The notes under the pieces were generated by a model. It did not search any database. It saw only the letters and a list, made by a program, of their open reading frames with translations, and had not been told where the DNA came from. This document shows, piece by piece, positions 35,144-43,823 of a stretch of 64,000 nt of DNA. The position numbers were made by a program, and so were the translations under genes. Every line of letters begins with the position of its first letter. Positions within the stretch are counted from its first letter, which is position 1. The stretch lies in NCBI GenBank assembly GCA_963719515.1, contig CAVRCJ010000006.1:128001-192000 (forward strand), given 5' to 3'. This DNA is from an uncultured cyanobacterium. Lineage in GTDB: Bacteria > Cyanobacteriota > Cyanobacteriia > CAKZMO01.

Positions 35144-35875
35144 ATGAAAAAGCTAATCAAAGGACTCCGCCAGTTTCAGTCGAGCTACTACAGCGAGCAT
35201 GCTGATGTGTTTGAGCACCTCGCCCACGGCCAAACGCCGCGAGTGTTGTTCATCACCTGCTCCGACTCTCGCGTTGACCCCAACTTGATTACCCAGTCTC
35301 AGGTGGGCGACATTTTCGTGATTCGCAATGCGGGAAATATTATTCCCCCCTTTGGAGCCACTAACGGCGGTGAGGGAGCGGCAGTGGAATACGCCATTCA
35401 CGCCCTCAACATCGAGCATGTGGTGGTGTGCGGCCACTCCAACTGCGGCGCAATGAAAGGGCTGCTGAAGATGGATAAGCTGGAGAACGAAATGCCCCTG
35501 GTGTACGAGTGGCTCAAGCACGCGGAGACCACCCGCCGCCTAATTCGGGAAAACTACGCCGATCGCTCACCAGAAGAAACTATCGAAATTGCGATCGCTG
35601 AGAACGTGCTCACCCAAATCGAAAACCTGCGCACCTATCCCGTAATTCGCTCCCGCATCCACCAAAACCGCATGTCGCTGCACGGCTGGGTCTACAACAT
35701 TGAGTCGGGTGAGGTCCATGCCTACGACCCTGTCAGCCACTCTTACCTACCGCCTCAGGCGCAGCTCAGCACCTACAACCCCGACCCTGAGGAGATGCCG
35801 CCCATCCATTTCCCAGGGGCGCGGTGGCTCTCCCCCCAGCAGTCTGAGCGCATCTATCGGGGGTCATCGTCATAA
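35144..35875 (+). CDS. ccaA: Beta-class carbonic anhydrase (CcaA/IcfA-like)
   Basis: CSDSR, RNAGN and GHSNCG motifs; C-terminal WLSPQQSERIYRGS typical of CcaA. Confidence 0.9.
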   Translation: MKKLIKGLRQFQSSYYSEHADVFEHLAHGQTPRVLFITCSDSRVDPNLITQSQVGDIFVIRNAGNIIPPFGATNGGEGAAVEYAIHALNIEHVVVCGHSNCGAMKGLLKMDKLENEMPLVYEWLKHAETTRRLIRENYADRSPEETIEIAIAENVLTQIENLRTYPVIRSRIHQNRMSLHGWVYNIESGEVHAYDPVSHSYLPPQAQLSTYNPDPEEMPPIHFPGARWLSPQQSERIYRGSSS

Positions 35876-35907
35876 TTTTGGGCGCATCTGTGCCCCTACG
35901 GGCGAGT

Positions 35908-36477
35908 TTAGCAGTCGCGGTTATTGATGCGTCCGTCGGGCATGACGGTCCTACAAAGCTGGGCCGCGTTGAGCTGGGCCGGCAGAACTAGCGCATCGGT
36001 GAAGCGAGCCCGGGTCAGGTCAGCGCCGGATAGCGTGGCGCTGGCCATAAACGCGCCCTGGAGGTTTGCGCCGACTAGGCTCGCCCCCGATAGATTGGCC
36101 GAGTCCAGATTGGCCTCCTGTAGGCGAGCCCGATTGAGGTTGGCCTCACTCAGCCCGGCGCGATACAGCCGCGTGCGGCGCAGGTCGCTGCCCCGCAACG
36201 AGGCTCCCTCAAGGGTAGACCAGCTGAGGTCAGCGTCTCGCAGCGTCGCTTCGGTTAAGTTTGCGCCCCCAAGCTGGCTCGATTGCAGATCCGCACCCCT
36301 CAAATCGACCCGCTGCAGGTTGTGGCGGCTAAAGTCAGCCGTAACCAAGTTGCAGCCAATGCAGACGCCGGTATCTTCTAGCTGCTGGCGATCGCGGGGA
36401 GATTCTGCGGCGGCGGGCAGTCCGACGCTTGTCAATAGGGCCAAGAGTGGGAGGAACCGTAAGTTGAGGTTAAGCAA
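35908..36477 (-). CDS. Exported pentapeptide repeat protein
   Basis: Signal peptide, CxxC-L motif, A[DN]Lxx repeats. Confidence 0.9.
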   Translation of the reverse strand: MLNLNLRFLPLLALLTSVGLPAAAESPRDRQQLEDTGVCIGCNLVTADFSRHNLQRVDLRGADLQSSQLGGANLTEATLRDADLSWSTLEGASLRGSDLRRTRLYRAGLSEANLNRARLQEANLDSANLSGASLVGANLQGAFMASATLSGADLTRARFTDALVLPAQLNAAQLCRTVMPDGRINNRDC

Positions 36478-37327
36478 CAGCGTCTAAGGCCTCAGGCTGG
36501 GACGGGGAAACTGACGACTGCCCTGCAGGCATCAGCCGACCGTCTTCAAGATACACGACTTGGTCCGCCACTGACTGTAGCCTGGGGTCGTGGGTCACCA
36601 TTAGCACCGTGCGCCCTTTCTCCTTGGCCAGCTTGCGCAGCAGCTCAATCACGGTCTGACCGCTGTGGGAATCTAGCGCCGAGGTGGGTTCATCCGCCAT
36701 AATCAGCGGCGGGTTCCCGGCCAATGCCCGGGCGATCGCCACCCGCTGCTTTTGCCCGCCCGATAGGTCCCGAGGCAGGTGGTTGAGCTTGTCTCCTAGC
36801 CCCACTTCTTCTAGGAGCGTTTGGGCCTCTTGCCGCGCCGCTTGCTGCTTCCACCCCTTCATTTTGAGGATCACCTCAATATTTTCTGTGGCGGTCATCG
36901 CACCGAACAGGTTGAATCCCTGAAAGATGAAGCCGATATTGTGACGGCGAAAGCGGGCCAGCTCTTTGCGGTTGAGGCGCGTAATGTTGGTTCCCTGGAG
37001 GTAAACTTGCCCTTCGGTGGGCTGCAAAATCCCCCCCATAATTGACAGCAGGGTGGTCTTGCCTGAGCCAGAAGGCCCCATCAGCAGATGGATGTCGCCG
37101 GCCCTCACCGTCAGGTCAATGTTGTGGAGCACCTGAGTCGCCCGCGTCCCTGTGCCGTAGGTCATGCCCACCTGCTGCACCGCGATCGCTTGGGGCTCCG
37201 GCAGGGGCTCCTCGCCGCCTATGTTGCTACGGCCCGTGCGGGAAAACCGCTTCAAGCCAGCCTGCGTGGCTTGAGCTAGGGTATCGCTTACCGCTGACTT
37301 GCGCTTGAAGTTGAAGGTAGTGGTCAT
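36470..37327 (-). CDS. ABC transporter ATP-binding protein (LolD/DevA-like)
   Basis: GPSGSGKT, LSGGQKQR, ADEPT and VTHD motifs; start uncertain. Confidence 0.92.
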   Translation of the reverse strand: MTTTFNFKRKSAVSDTLAQATQAGLKRFSRTGRSNIGGEEPLPEPQAIAVQQVGMTYGTGTRATQVLHNIDLTVRAGDIHLLMGPSGSGKTTLLSIMGGILQPTEGQVYLQGTNITRLNRKELARFRRHNIGFIFQGFNLFGAMTATENIEVILKMKGWKQQAARQEAQTLLEEVGLGDKLNHLPRDLSGGQKQRVAIARALAGNPPLIMADEPTSALDSHSGQTVIELLRKLAKEKGRTVLMVTHDPRLQSVADQVVYLEDGRLMPAGQSSVSPSQPEALDAVA

Positions 37328-37575
37328 TAGCGTTCGCAGATCCAAACTTTGGTAAGGGGTGGATGAGGGCAGCGCGGAGTCGTCTCCCAACCGCTTTCCG
37401 GTTGCTATCACTGTACACAGGCTAGAGAATGAACCTGAGCGGACCCTATTCCAGAAATAAGATTGTCCCCACTGCGATGTGAGCGATCGCTGAGAAGACA
37501 AAGTCGATACGATGGGATTGACGCCGCATCGGACGGGCCAAAGTGCCTTGGCGAGTTCTTTTACTCGATTTACTA

Positions 37576-38483
37576 TGACCTTCGCTCAATCCCGCCTAGT
37601 TCTCAGTATTGCTAGACCACTCGCCGCAGCGGTCGCGCTAGGTGCCATACTCGCCGGAGGGTGCAGCAATTCTATTGGCCTAAACGATCTGCTGACGCTT
37701 CCGGATCAGGCCAATGCGTCGGAGCTCACCGTCGTTGGCTTTAATCTGGAGTCGGGAGATGCCGCCCCAGCCTATTTGGCGCGGGAATATATGGCTCCGC
37801 TGTCGGGTGTGGACCTGTGGGGCCTGTCTGAGGTGCAGAACGACAGCTGGGTGGAGGTGCTGGAGGCCGGCGCTGAGTCGGGAGAGCGAGCCGACTACAC
37901 CACTATCTTGGGCACAACGGGCGGCGGCGATCGCCTGGCAATTGTCTACAACGAGGCGCTGCTAGAGCTAATTGCGGTAGAGGAGCTGGCGGAGCTGAGC
38001 TTCGAGGGTCGGGTGCGGGCTCCTTTAGTCGCCCAGTTTCAGGTGCGCGATACGGCTCAGCAGTTTTTGTTTATGGTCAATCATCTCTATCGCTCAGACG
38101 CTGAAAAACGCCACCAGCAGGCCCGCTGGCTTAACCAGTGGGGGCGATCGCTGCCGCTGCCCATAGTCGCGGTGGGGGACTACAACTTTGATTTTGACGT
38201 GGTGAAGGGGGACGCCGGCAAGCGAGATTTGGGGTTCGACCTGATGACGGCGGAGGGAATATTTACCTGGGTGCGGCCCCAGCCCCTGAGCACGACCTAC
38301 TGCAGCGATCGCTATAACGGCATATTAGACTTCGTTTTTGTAGCCAACGAAGCGACCCAGTGGCCCGTGACCTCGACGACTATTCCCTATGCCGACACCG
38401 ACTACTGCCCCGACACGGCGGTGCAGAGCGACCACTTCCCGGTGATGGTGACGTTTGACCTGACGGATACAGTAGCGCCATAG
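37576..38483 (+). CDS. Endonuclease/exonuclease/phosphatase family lipoprotein
   Basis: Lipobox AGGC; GFN, LSE, NHL, GDYN, LDFVF and SDHFPV motifs. Confidence 0.85.
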
Positions 38484-38582
38484 ATCGGCTAAATGGGCGA
38501 TGTCTGAAGGTAAAGGCGACAGGCCCCACAACATTCAGATACTATGGGGCAAAACTCAGTTCATCATCCTAGAGTCTGCCCC

Positions 38583-39497
38583 ATGCACAGCTTTCTGCCT
38601 ATTGCCTACTTTGAGAACCAGTTCGTCCCCTTCGAAGAGGCCAATATCTCCATCGCCACCCACGCGCTGCACTACGGCACCGGCGCGTTTGGCGGCATGC
38701 GCGGCCTGCCTGACCCGCAAAACCCAGATAAAGCGCTGCTGTTTCGCCTCGACCGCCACTGCGATCGCCTCAGCACCAGCGCCCGCTTCTTGCACTACGA
38801 CCTGCCTGCCGACAAAATCCGCTCGGTGATTCTAGAGTTTGTGCAAAAGAACCAGCCTAAGACCTCGTTCTACATCCGTCCGTTCGTCTACACCTCAGAC
38901 CTGGGCATCGCTCCCAGACTGCACAACGTGCAGAAAAACTTCTTTATCTACGGCATCGAGCTAGGAGACTACCTCTCTCCCGACGGCGTCAGCTGCCGGA
39001 TTGCCTCCTGGTATCGGCAGGAAGACCGCAGCCTGCCCCTAAGAGGCAAAATTAGCGGAGCTTATATCACCTCATCGCTAGCCAAGACCGAGGCCGTTGA
39101 CTCGGGCTTCGACGAGGCGATCTTGCTCAACTCTCAGGGCAAGGTGAGTGAAGCTACGGGCATGAATATCTTCGTTGTGCGTAACGGCACGATCATTACC
39201 CCTGGGTTTGAGCAGGACATCTTGGAAGGAATCACCCGTGACAGCGTCTTGACCCTTGCCAAAAATTTGGGCATCCCCGTGCAGGAGCGTCCCATTGACA
39301 AATCCGAGCTGTTAATTGCCGACGAGGTTTTCCTCAGCGGCACTGCAGCAAAAATTACGCCCGTGAAGCGGGTTGAAAACTATAGGCTCCCTGAGGAGCG
39401 GCCCATCACCGAGCAGCTGCGGCAGACTCTCACCGCGATTACGGAGAACCGAGAGCCTGCATACCGAGACTGGATTACGTCCATCGAGCTAGCTTAA
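38583..39497 (+). CDS. ilvE: Branched-chain amino acid aminotransferase
   Basis: HALHYGT, KISGAY, ILEGITRD and SGTAA motifs. Confidence 0.95.
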   Translation: MHSFLPIAYFENQFVPFEEANISIATHALHYGTGAFGGMRGLPDPQNPDKALLFRLDRHCDRLSTSARFLHYDLPADKIRSVILEFVQKNQPKTSFYIRPFVYTSDLGIAPRLHNVQKNFFIYGIELGDYLSPDGVSCRIASWYRQEDRSLPLRGKISGAYITSSLAKTEAVDSGFDEAILLNSQGKVSEATGMNIFVVRNGTIITPGFEQDILEGITRDSVLTLAKNLGIPVQERPIDKSELLIADEVFLSGTAAKITPVKRVENYRLPEERPITEQLRQTLTAITENREPAYRDWITSIELA

Positions 39498-39507
39498 GCG
39501 CAGGGGG

Positions 39508-39760
39508 GTGACATCCTCCCGACGCTGACAGCAAGCTGTACAGCGCGGGCTTCCTCAGTGACTCCCAGCTATTGCCGAGACATATCCTGAGATAGGTTTA
39601 TACTCCGCCTGATGCCCCACGGCAGAGTTTTGAATTTTCATCTCCGCGAGGGAGGATACGCACTATGTGTCGCAGATACATTTGCAAACTGAGGAACGGG
39701 TGACTTGCAGCTTTCGCCTACGGGCCCGTCACACTCTTTGCGGGGTGTATCACCTTGCTA
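39508..39760 (-). ncRNA. Putative omegaRNA-like structured RNA inside element copy 1
   Basis: TG-G-TATGAT at 39774-39766; minus-strand stems with G-U pairs and GNRA loops; long-range TTCCTCAGT/ACTGAGGAA pairing; ends at the right end. Confidence 0.55.
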
Positions 39761-39899
39761 TCTCTATCATACCAACTGCTAGCCTCAGCGCTGAGCGCAC
39801 TATCCGCTGTGCATCATTTTGCGGGCGCACTTCGGCTAGCGCGACTCTCATCCCGACGCTCACCCTGACGGGTAGAGCGCGGGGCTTCCTGTCTAGTAG
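39508..39899 (-). mobile_element. Non-autonomous IS200/IS605-family element (392 bp), copy 1
   Basis: Subterminal bulged hairpins at both ends, right end TCAC, inserted 3' of TTTAG, no TIR or target duplication, no transposase; matches copy 2 except 39861/41239. Confidence 0.9.
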
Positions 39900-40856
39900 C
39901 TAAAGTGCAGCAGCTCGTTTCTGCACCTTCTCTATCGTCAATGGTCCAGCAATGCCGTTGACGACTAGATCGCTAGCCTCCTGAAATCGCTTTACGGCAG
40001 TTTCCGTAGCGCTGCCATAGTAGCCGGTCAGCTGCTGCTTGCTGTAATAGCCGATGTCAGCGAGCTGGGTTTGCAGGCTTAAAACTTCTTGGCCGCGATC
40101 GCCCAAGTAAAGCACATTCCCCACGGCAGCAGTTGTGGGCACGGTGACGGGGCGGACCGGGGCAGCTGCCGGCTGCGCGACGTTTAAGACTGCAGCTTGA
40201 GTCGTCGGCTGATCGACGGCTAGCTCCGCAAGGGTGACAGGTCCGGCAATGCCGTCCGCTGTTAGCCCATTTGCCTGCTGAAAGCTGATGACAGAGGCTT
40301 CGGTAAGGGTGCCGTAGTAGCCTGTAACCGGTCCGCTGTAGAATCCAGCGGTGGTCAGCGCGTTCTGCAGGTCGCTAACGGCGTTACCCTGATTGCCGCG
40401 GGCGAGAAATCCGGCGGTGGCATCAGCGGTGGGGGCTGGTGATGGCGCTGCGCCTGTGCCCTGAATAGCAGCTAGAGTGTTGGAGCCCGCCACGCCGTCT
40501 ACCGCCAATCCCCGGGATGACTGGAAATCTTGGACAGCCGCTTCGGTAAGCGAGCCATAGAAACCGGTGACGGGGCCGCTGTATGCGCCAGCGGCGGCCA
40601 AATCTTGCTGAAGCTGGGTGACGGTGACGCCAGAGTCTCCTCGCCGCAGCGCCGCGGCAGCGCTACCGGTGGCGAGAATGAGGGAGGCTCCGCAGGCAAG
40701 GGTGAGAGCATGACGAGACGCGCTGTTAATGACCTGTCTGGCGTCGTCGAATGAGGCAGAAAAATCGATGTTGTCGTCGATAGGGTTTGCTGCGGCTGAG
40801 ACAAGGGCGTCACAGTCCTGGGCAGCAAGACCGTAGAGATATCCAATTGATTCCAT
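39900..40856 (-). CDS. Peptidoglycan-binding domain protein (3 PG_binding_1 repeats)
   Basis: L.RG..G..V..LQ..L...G.Y.GPVTG.YG.LTE.AV..FQ...GL..DG.AG..T pattern repeated three times. Confidence 0.92.
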   Translation of the reverse strand: MESIGYLYGLAAQDCDALVSAAANPIDDNIDFSASFDDARQVINSASRHALTLACGASLILATGSAAAALRRGDSGVTVTQLQQDLAAAGAYSGPVTGFYGSLTEAAVQDFQSSRGLAVDGVAGSNTLAAIQGTGAAPSPAPTADATAGFLARGNQGNAVSDLQNALTTAGFYSGPVTGYYGTLTEASVISFQQANGLTADGIAGPVTLAELAVDQPTTQAAVLNVAQPAAAPVRPVTVPTTAAVGNVLYLGDRGQEVLSLQTQLADIGYYSKQQLTGYYGSATETAVKRFQEASDLVVNGIAGPLTIEKVQKRAAAL

Positions 40857-40885
40857 GGCTGACCTGACTGATAACGTCTATGTAT

Positions 40886-41138
40886 GTGACATCCTCCCGA
40901 CGCTGACAGCAAGCTGTACAGCGCGGGCTTCCTCAGTGACTCCCAGCTATTGCCGAGACATATCCTGAGATAGGTTTATACTCCGCCTGATGCCCCACGG
41001 CAGAGTTTTGAATTTTCATCTCCGCGAGGGAGGATACGCACTATGTGTCGCAGATACATTTGCAAACTGAGGAACGGGTGACTTGCAGCTTTCGCCTACG
41101 GGCCCGTCACACTCTTTGCGGGGTGTATCACCTTGCTA
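40886..41138 (-). ncRNA. Putative omegaRNA-like structured RNA inside element copy 2
   Basis: Identical to the copy 1 RNA; -10 element at 41152-41144. Confidence 0.55.
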
Positions 41139-41277
41139 TCTCTATCATACCAACTGCTAGCCTCAGCGCTGAGCGCACTATCCGCTGTGCATCATTTTGC
41201 GGGCGCACTTCGGCTAGCGCGACTCTCATCCCGACGCTTACCCTGACGGGTAGAGCGCGGGGCTTCCTGTCTAGTAG
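40886..41277 (-). mobile_element. Non-autonomous IS200/IS605-family element (392 bp), copy 2
   Basis: Direct repeat of copy 1 at offset 1378; same TTTAG target (41278-41282) and different outer flanks. Confidence 0.9.
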
Positions 41278-41308
41278 CTAAATCATAAATTAAGAATTTA
41301 TGATTTAG
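41278..41308. promoter_or_regulatory. AT-rich perfect palindrome (candidate operator)
   Basis: CTAAATCATAAATT-AAG-AATTTATGATTTAG between divergent genes. Confidence 0.5.
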
Positions 41309-41309
41309 G

Positions 41310-41867
41310 GTGTCAACCTATAATAGTGGTTCGAAGGGTGTCATAAGAAGAGCCAGAAGAGCCATATCGAGAGCGATCGCAATGAGTGTGATTGGGCTGC
41401 TGCGCGAGTATGGGGAGAGGCGAGATTTTGGCACCATAAGGCCCTATCGGACAAGCGACTTCGAGACCGTAATTCAGCTTTGGTGGACCTCTTGGCACTC
41501 TTCATCAGGTTACAAACACCACAGACCGATCGCCGATTGGAAGCGGCGCTGGCGTGATTTGGAACATACCCACACGATTGCTGTGGTAGAGCACCGAGGT
41601 AACATCATTGCCTTTGTGGCACTGAACGCTCAGACCTGCCTGCTCTCTCAGCTTTTTGTATCGCCCCTTTGGAAGCGAAAGGGTATTGGCAAGCAGCTAA
41701 TACGGTGGGCGGCGTCGCACTGCCCGAAGGGATTTAAGCTTGAGACCGCTGCTGACAATCGGGAGTCGAGAGCCTTTTATGAGGCATTGGGACTGGTGGA
41801 AATAGCCCGCAGCATCAACGACTTTAACGGTAGAGAGCAGGTCGAATACTCGACCCGTCAGCCGTAA
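41310..41867 (+). CDS. GNAT family N-acetyltransferase
   Basis: LFVSP.WKRKGIGKQL and N.ESRAFYE.LG motifs; start uncertain. Confidence 0.88.
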   Translation: MSTYNSGSKGVIRRARRAISRAIAMSVIGLLREYGERRDFGTIRPYRTSDFETVIQLWWTSWHSSSGYKHHRPIADWKRRWRDLEHTHTIAVVEHRGNIIAFVALNAQTCLLSQLFVSPLWKRKGIGKQLIRWAASHCPKGFKLETAADNRESRAFYEALGLVEIARSINDFNGREQVEYSTRQP

Positions 41868-41945
41868 TCATCCGAAACGGAGCTGCCTAGGGATGAATCT
41901 ATTGCTTAACCCCCCCCTTAAAGCAGCAGTGCTGCTCTCAAAGTT

Positions 41946-43016
41946 ATGAAGCCCTTACAGAACCGAATGCTTAACTTCGCTGTAGTATGCCTCTCTGCGG
42001 CGATCGCTACCGCCTGCAGCACAACCTCCACTTCTCCAGATTCAGCGCCAGAGGCTAGTCCCATCATGGCGGGTCCCGCTCCCGACGCCGCTGTAGACGG
42101 CCCGGCGCTAGACTGCGCCACTTGGCAAGACTACCGCGCCGGCACCGCTGATACCGCCTCGGGGCTTAACGCAGTTACCGCAGACCTAGGCAGCCTACCG
42201 CAGCTGCCCGCCGGATTTGAGCAGGGCTGCCTCTTCAGCATCGACAACAGCCGCAGCCGCTCCGCTAACCCTTCGCCTATCCATATCTTGCGCAACGGCA
42301 TCAGCCTCGAAGATGGCCTTGGCGCGAACGCCTTGCCATCGCCCGTGGTGTCATCACAGGGCTCAATTCCCCAAGTTCTGCTTCAAGACCTGCCCCAGGG
42401 CTTTCTTGAAAGCAGTGATGTGGTCACCTATCGACAGACCTGCGCGCTGCTAAACCCTAGCCGTAGCGGCGACTGCGCGACCATTCCCCCCTATGAGGCC
42501 TATATTCTTAGGCAGAGTAGCGTTTGGCAAAACAGCGTCTGTTTCCAAAACCACTGCCTTCAGAGCGCCCACTTTCCCCCCTTGGAGCTGCTTTCCCTCT
42601 GGGACAGCGACCTCCCGGAGCCAGCGCTGTCGGCCTACGGTGAGGATATTCCTCGCGAGCAGTACAGCCCCCGCCCGCTGGAAGCGATTCTGGCGGAGAT
42701 ATCTACTCCACCCGCAGAAACAGCTTCCGCTCCCCCAGGTGTGGCCTATAGCCCAGAGGCGATCGCCCTTCAGCTTTTTGGGCGCACTGCCCTAGAAGAA
42801 GGGCAGCAGCCAACGGTGGTCGCTTCCGCAGATACCCAAAGTCCAGTCGTCACCGTGACTAATTTCGGGGAGCTAGACGACTCAGTGGGCGGAAGTCGGT
42901 ATCGCTTGGAGTTCGAAACCCTAGACGGCAATCAGTATAAGCTCGTCTGGGCTGGCGCTCAGCGCTACTGCCGGCGCACAGCTCCGCCCCAGTGGACGAT
43001 GGAGCTGTGCCCTTAA
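41946..43016 (+). CDS. Hypothetical Cys-containing lipoprotein
   Basis: Lipobox IATAC; C-terminal DDSV.G.RYRLEF...W.G....C...W....CP domain. Confidence 0.7.
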   Translation: MKPLQNRMLNFAVVCLSAAIATACSTTSTSPDSAPEASPIMAGPAPDAAVDGPALDCATWQDYRAGTADTASGLNAVTADLGSLPQLPAGFEQGCLFSIDNSRSRSANPSPIHILRNGISLEDGLGANALPSPVVSSQGSIPQVLLQDLPQGFLESSDVVTYRQTCALLNPSRSGDCATIPPYEAYILRQSSVWQNSVCFQNHCLQSAHFPPLELLSLWDSDLPEPALSAYGEDIPREQYSPRPLEAILAEISTPPAETASAPPGVAYSPEAIALQLFGRTALEEGQQPTVVASADTQSPVVTVTNFGELDDSVGGSRYRLEFETLDGNQYKLVWAGAQRYCRRTAPPQWTMELCP

Positions 43017-43023
43017 AGCGCTG

Positions 43024-43302
43024 CTACTGCAACCCGCGCTGGCGCATTAGGTAGGCCAACACCTGCCCTTCTCGGCGGCTCAGCCGCACGCCGTCGGGCC
43101 TGATGGCCACCGGCCCGGTCCACAGGCCTTGCTCCACGTAGTAGCGGTTGATGTGCATGAGGTGGATGGTTTCGCGGATGCCCTCGCGGGAGCCGATGAG
43201 GATATGGCGCACCACCTCGCCGTCGGGGTGGGGTGGGGGCTCGGCCAGGCGAAGCAGTGCCGCCTCAGGGTTGAGGGGCTGCTCGGGGTATAAGAATGTC
43301 AT
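43024..43302 (-). CDS. Small cyanobacterial hypothetical protein (RHILIGS...TIH.MH family)
   Basis: VRHILIGSREGIRETIHLMH motif; ATG at 43302 with AAGGA upstream. Confidence 0.7.
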   Translation of the reverse strand: MTFLYPEQPLNPEAALLRLAEPPPHPDGEVVRHILIGSREGIRETIHLMHINRYYVEQGLWTGPVAIRPDGVRLSRREGQVLAYLMRQRGLQ

Positions 43303-43823
43303 GGGTTGGGTTCCTTTTTCTGTGTAGATGGGTAGGAAACCCAAGTTTGGCCATCCCTTTCGACGTTAACCGTTCGGGATGGCTATGGGACAATACCCAC
43401 AGCTTCCGGACAGGTCTGTTCTGTCTTGGGGGTCAGGCGGTGATCGTCAGTGTCAGTGGCGATCGCTGCCGTTATGACCAAATACTTGGGAGCCAAGCTG
43501 CGCGGAGCAGCTCTCAGGCATAGACTCTACACTATTGGCGGTGGGAGAGGCAAGCCCAAATTTTGCCTTCACTGACGCCAACGCGGTCAGCAATTGCCGG
43601 GTCTGAACCTTGGAGGGTCAGCGATGCCATCTCACGGAGCGATCGCGATATCTGAGGGGGCAGTGGTGGGACTTGGGCGATCGAGGGAGTGTGAGTGTCC
43701 GTGCCCACGAGTAAGAAACTGGGAGGCTGACCTGTAGGTAGGCCATCGAACTCTAGCCACTGCTCAGTCGCGTTTGAGGAATCGTTGCGATCGATGAGTA
43801 GTTGTGTTCCCGGAGCAGCTATA

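Noticed and set aside
39667..39903. 78-aa plus-strand ORF duplicated at 41045-41281
   Set aside because: Lies within the repeat, antisense to its promoter, crosses the left-end hairpin, and has no RBS or transposase (HUH/RuvC) motif
39508..41282. Repeat pair as a CRISPR array or classical MITE
   Set aside because: Only two long units, no terminal inverted repeats or target duplication, and no cas genes; the ends fit IS200/IS605 instead
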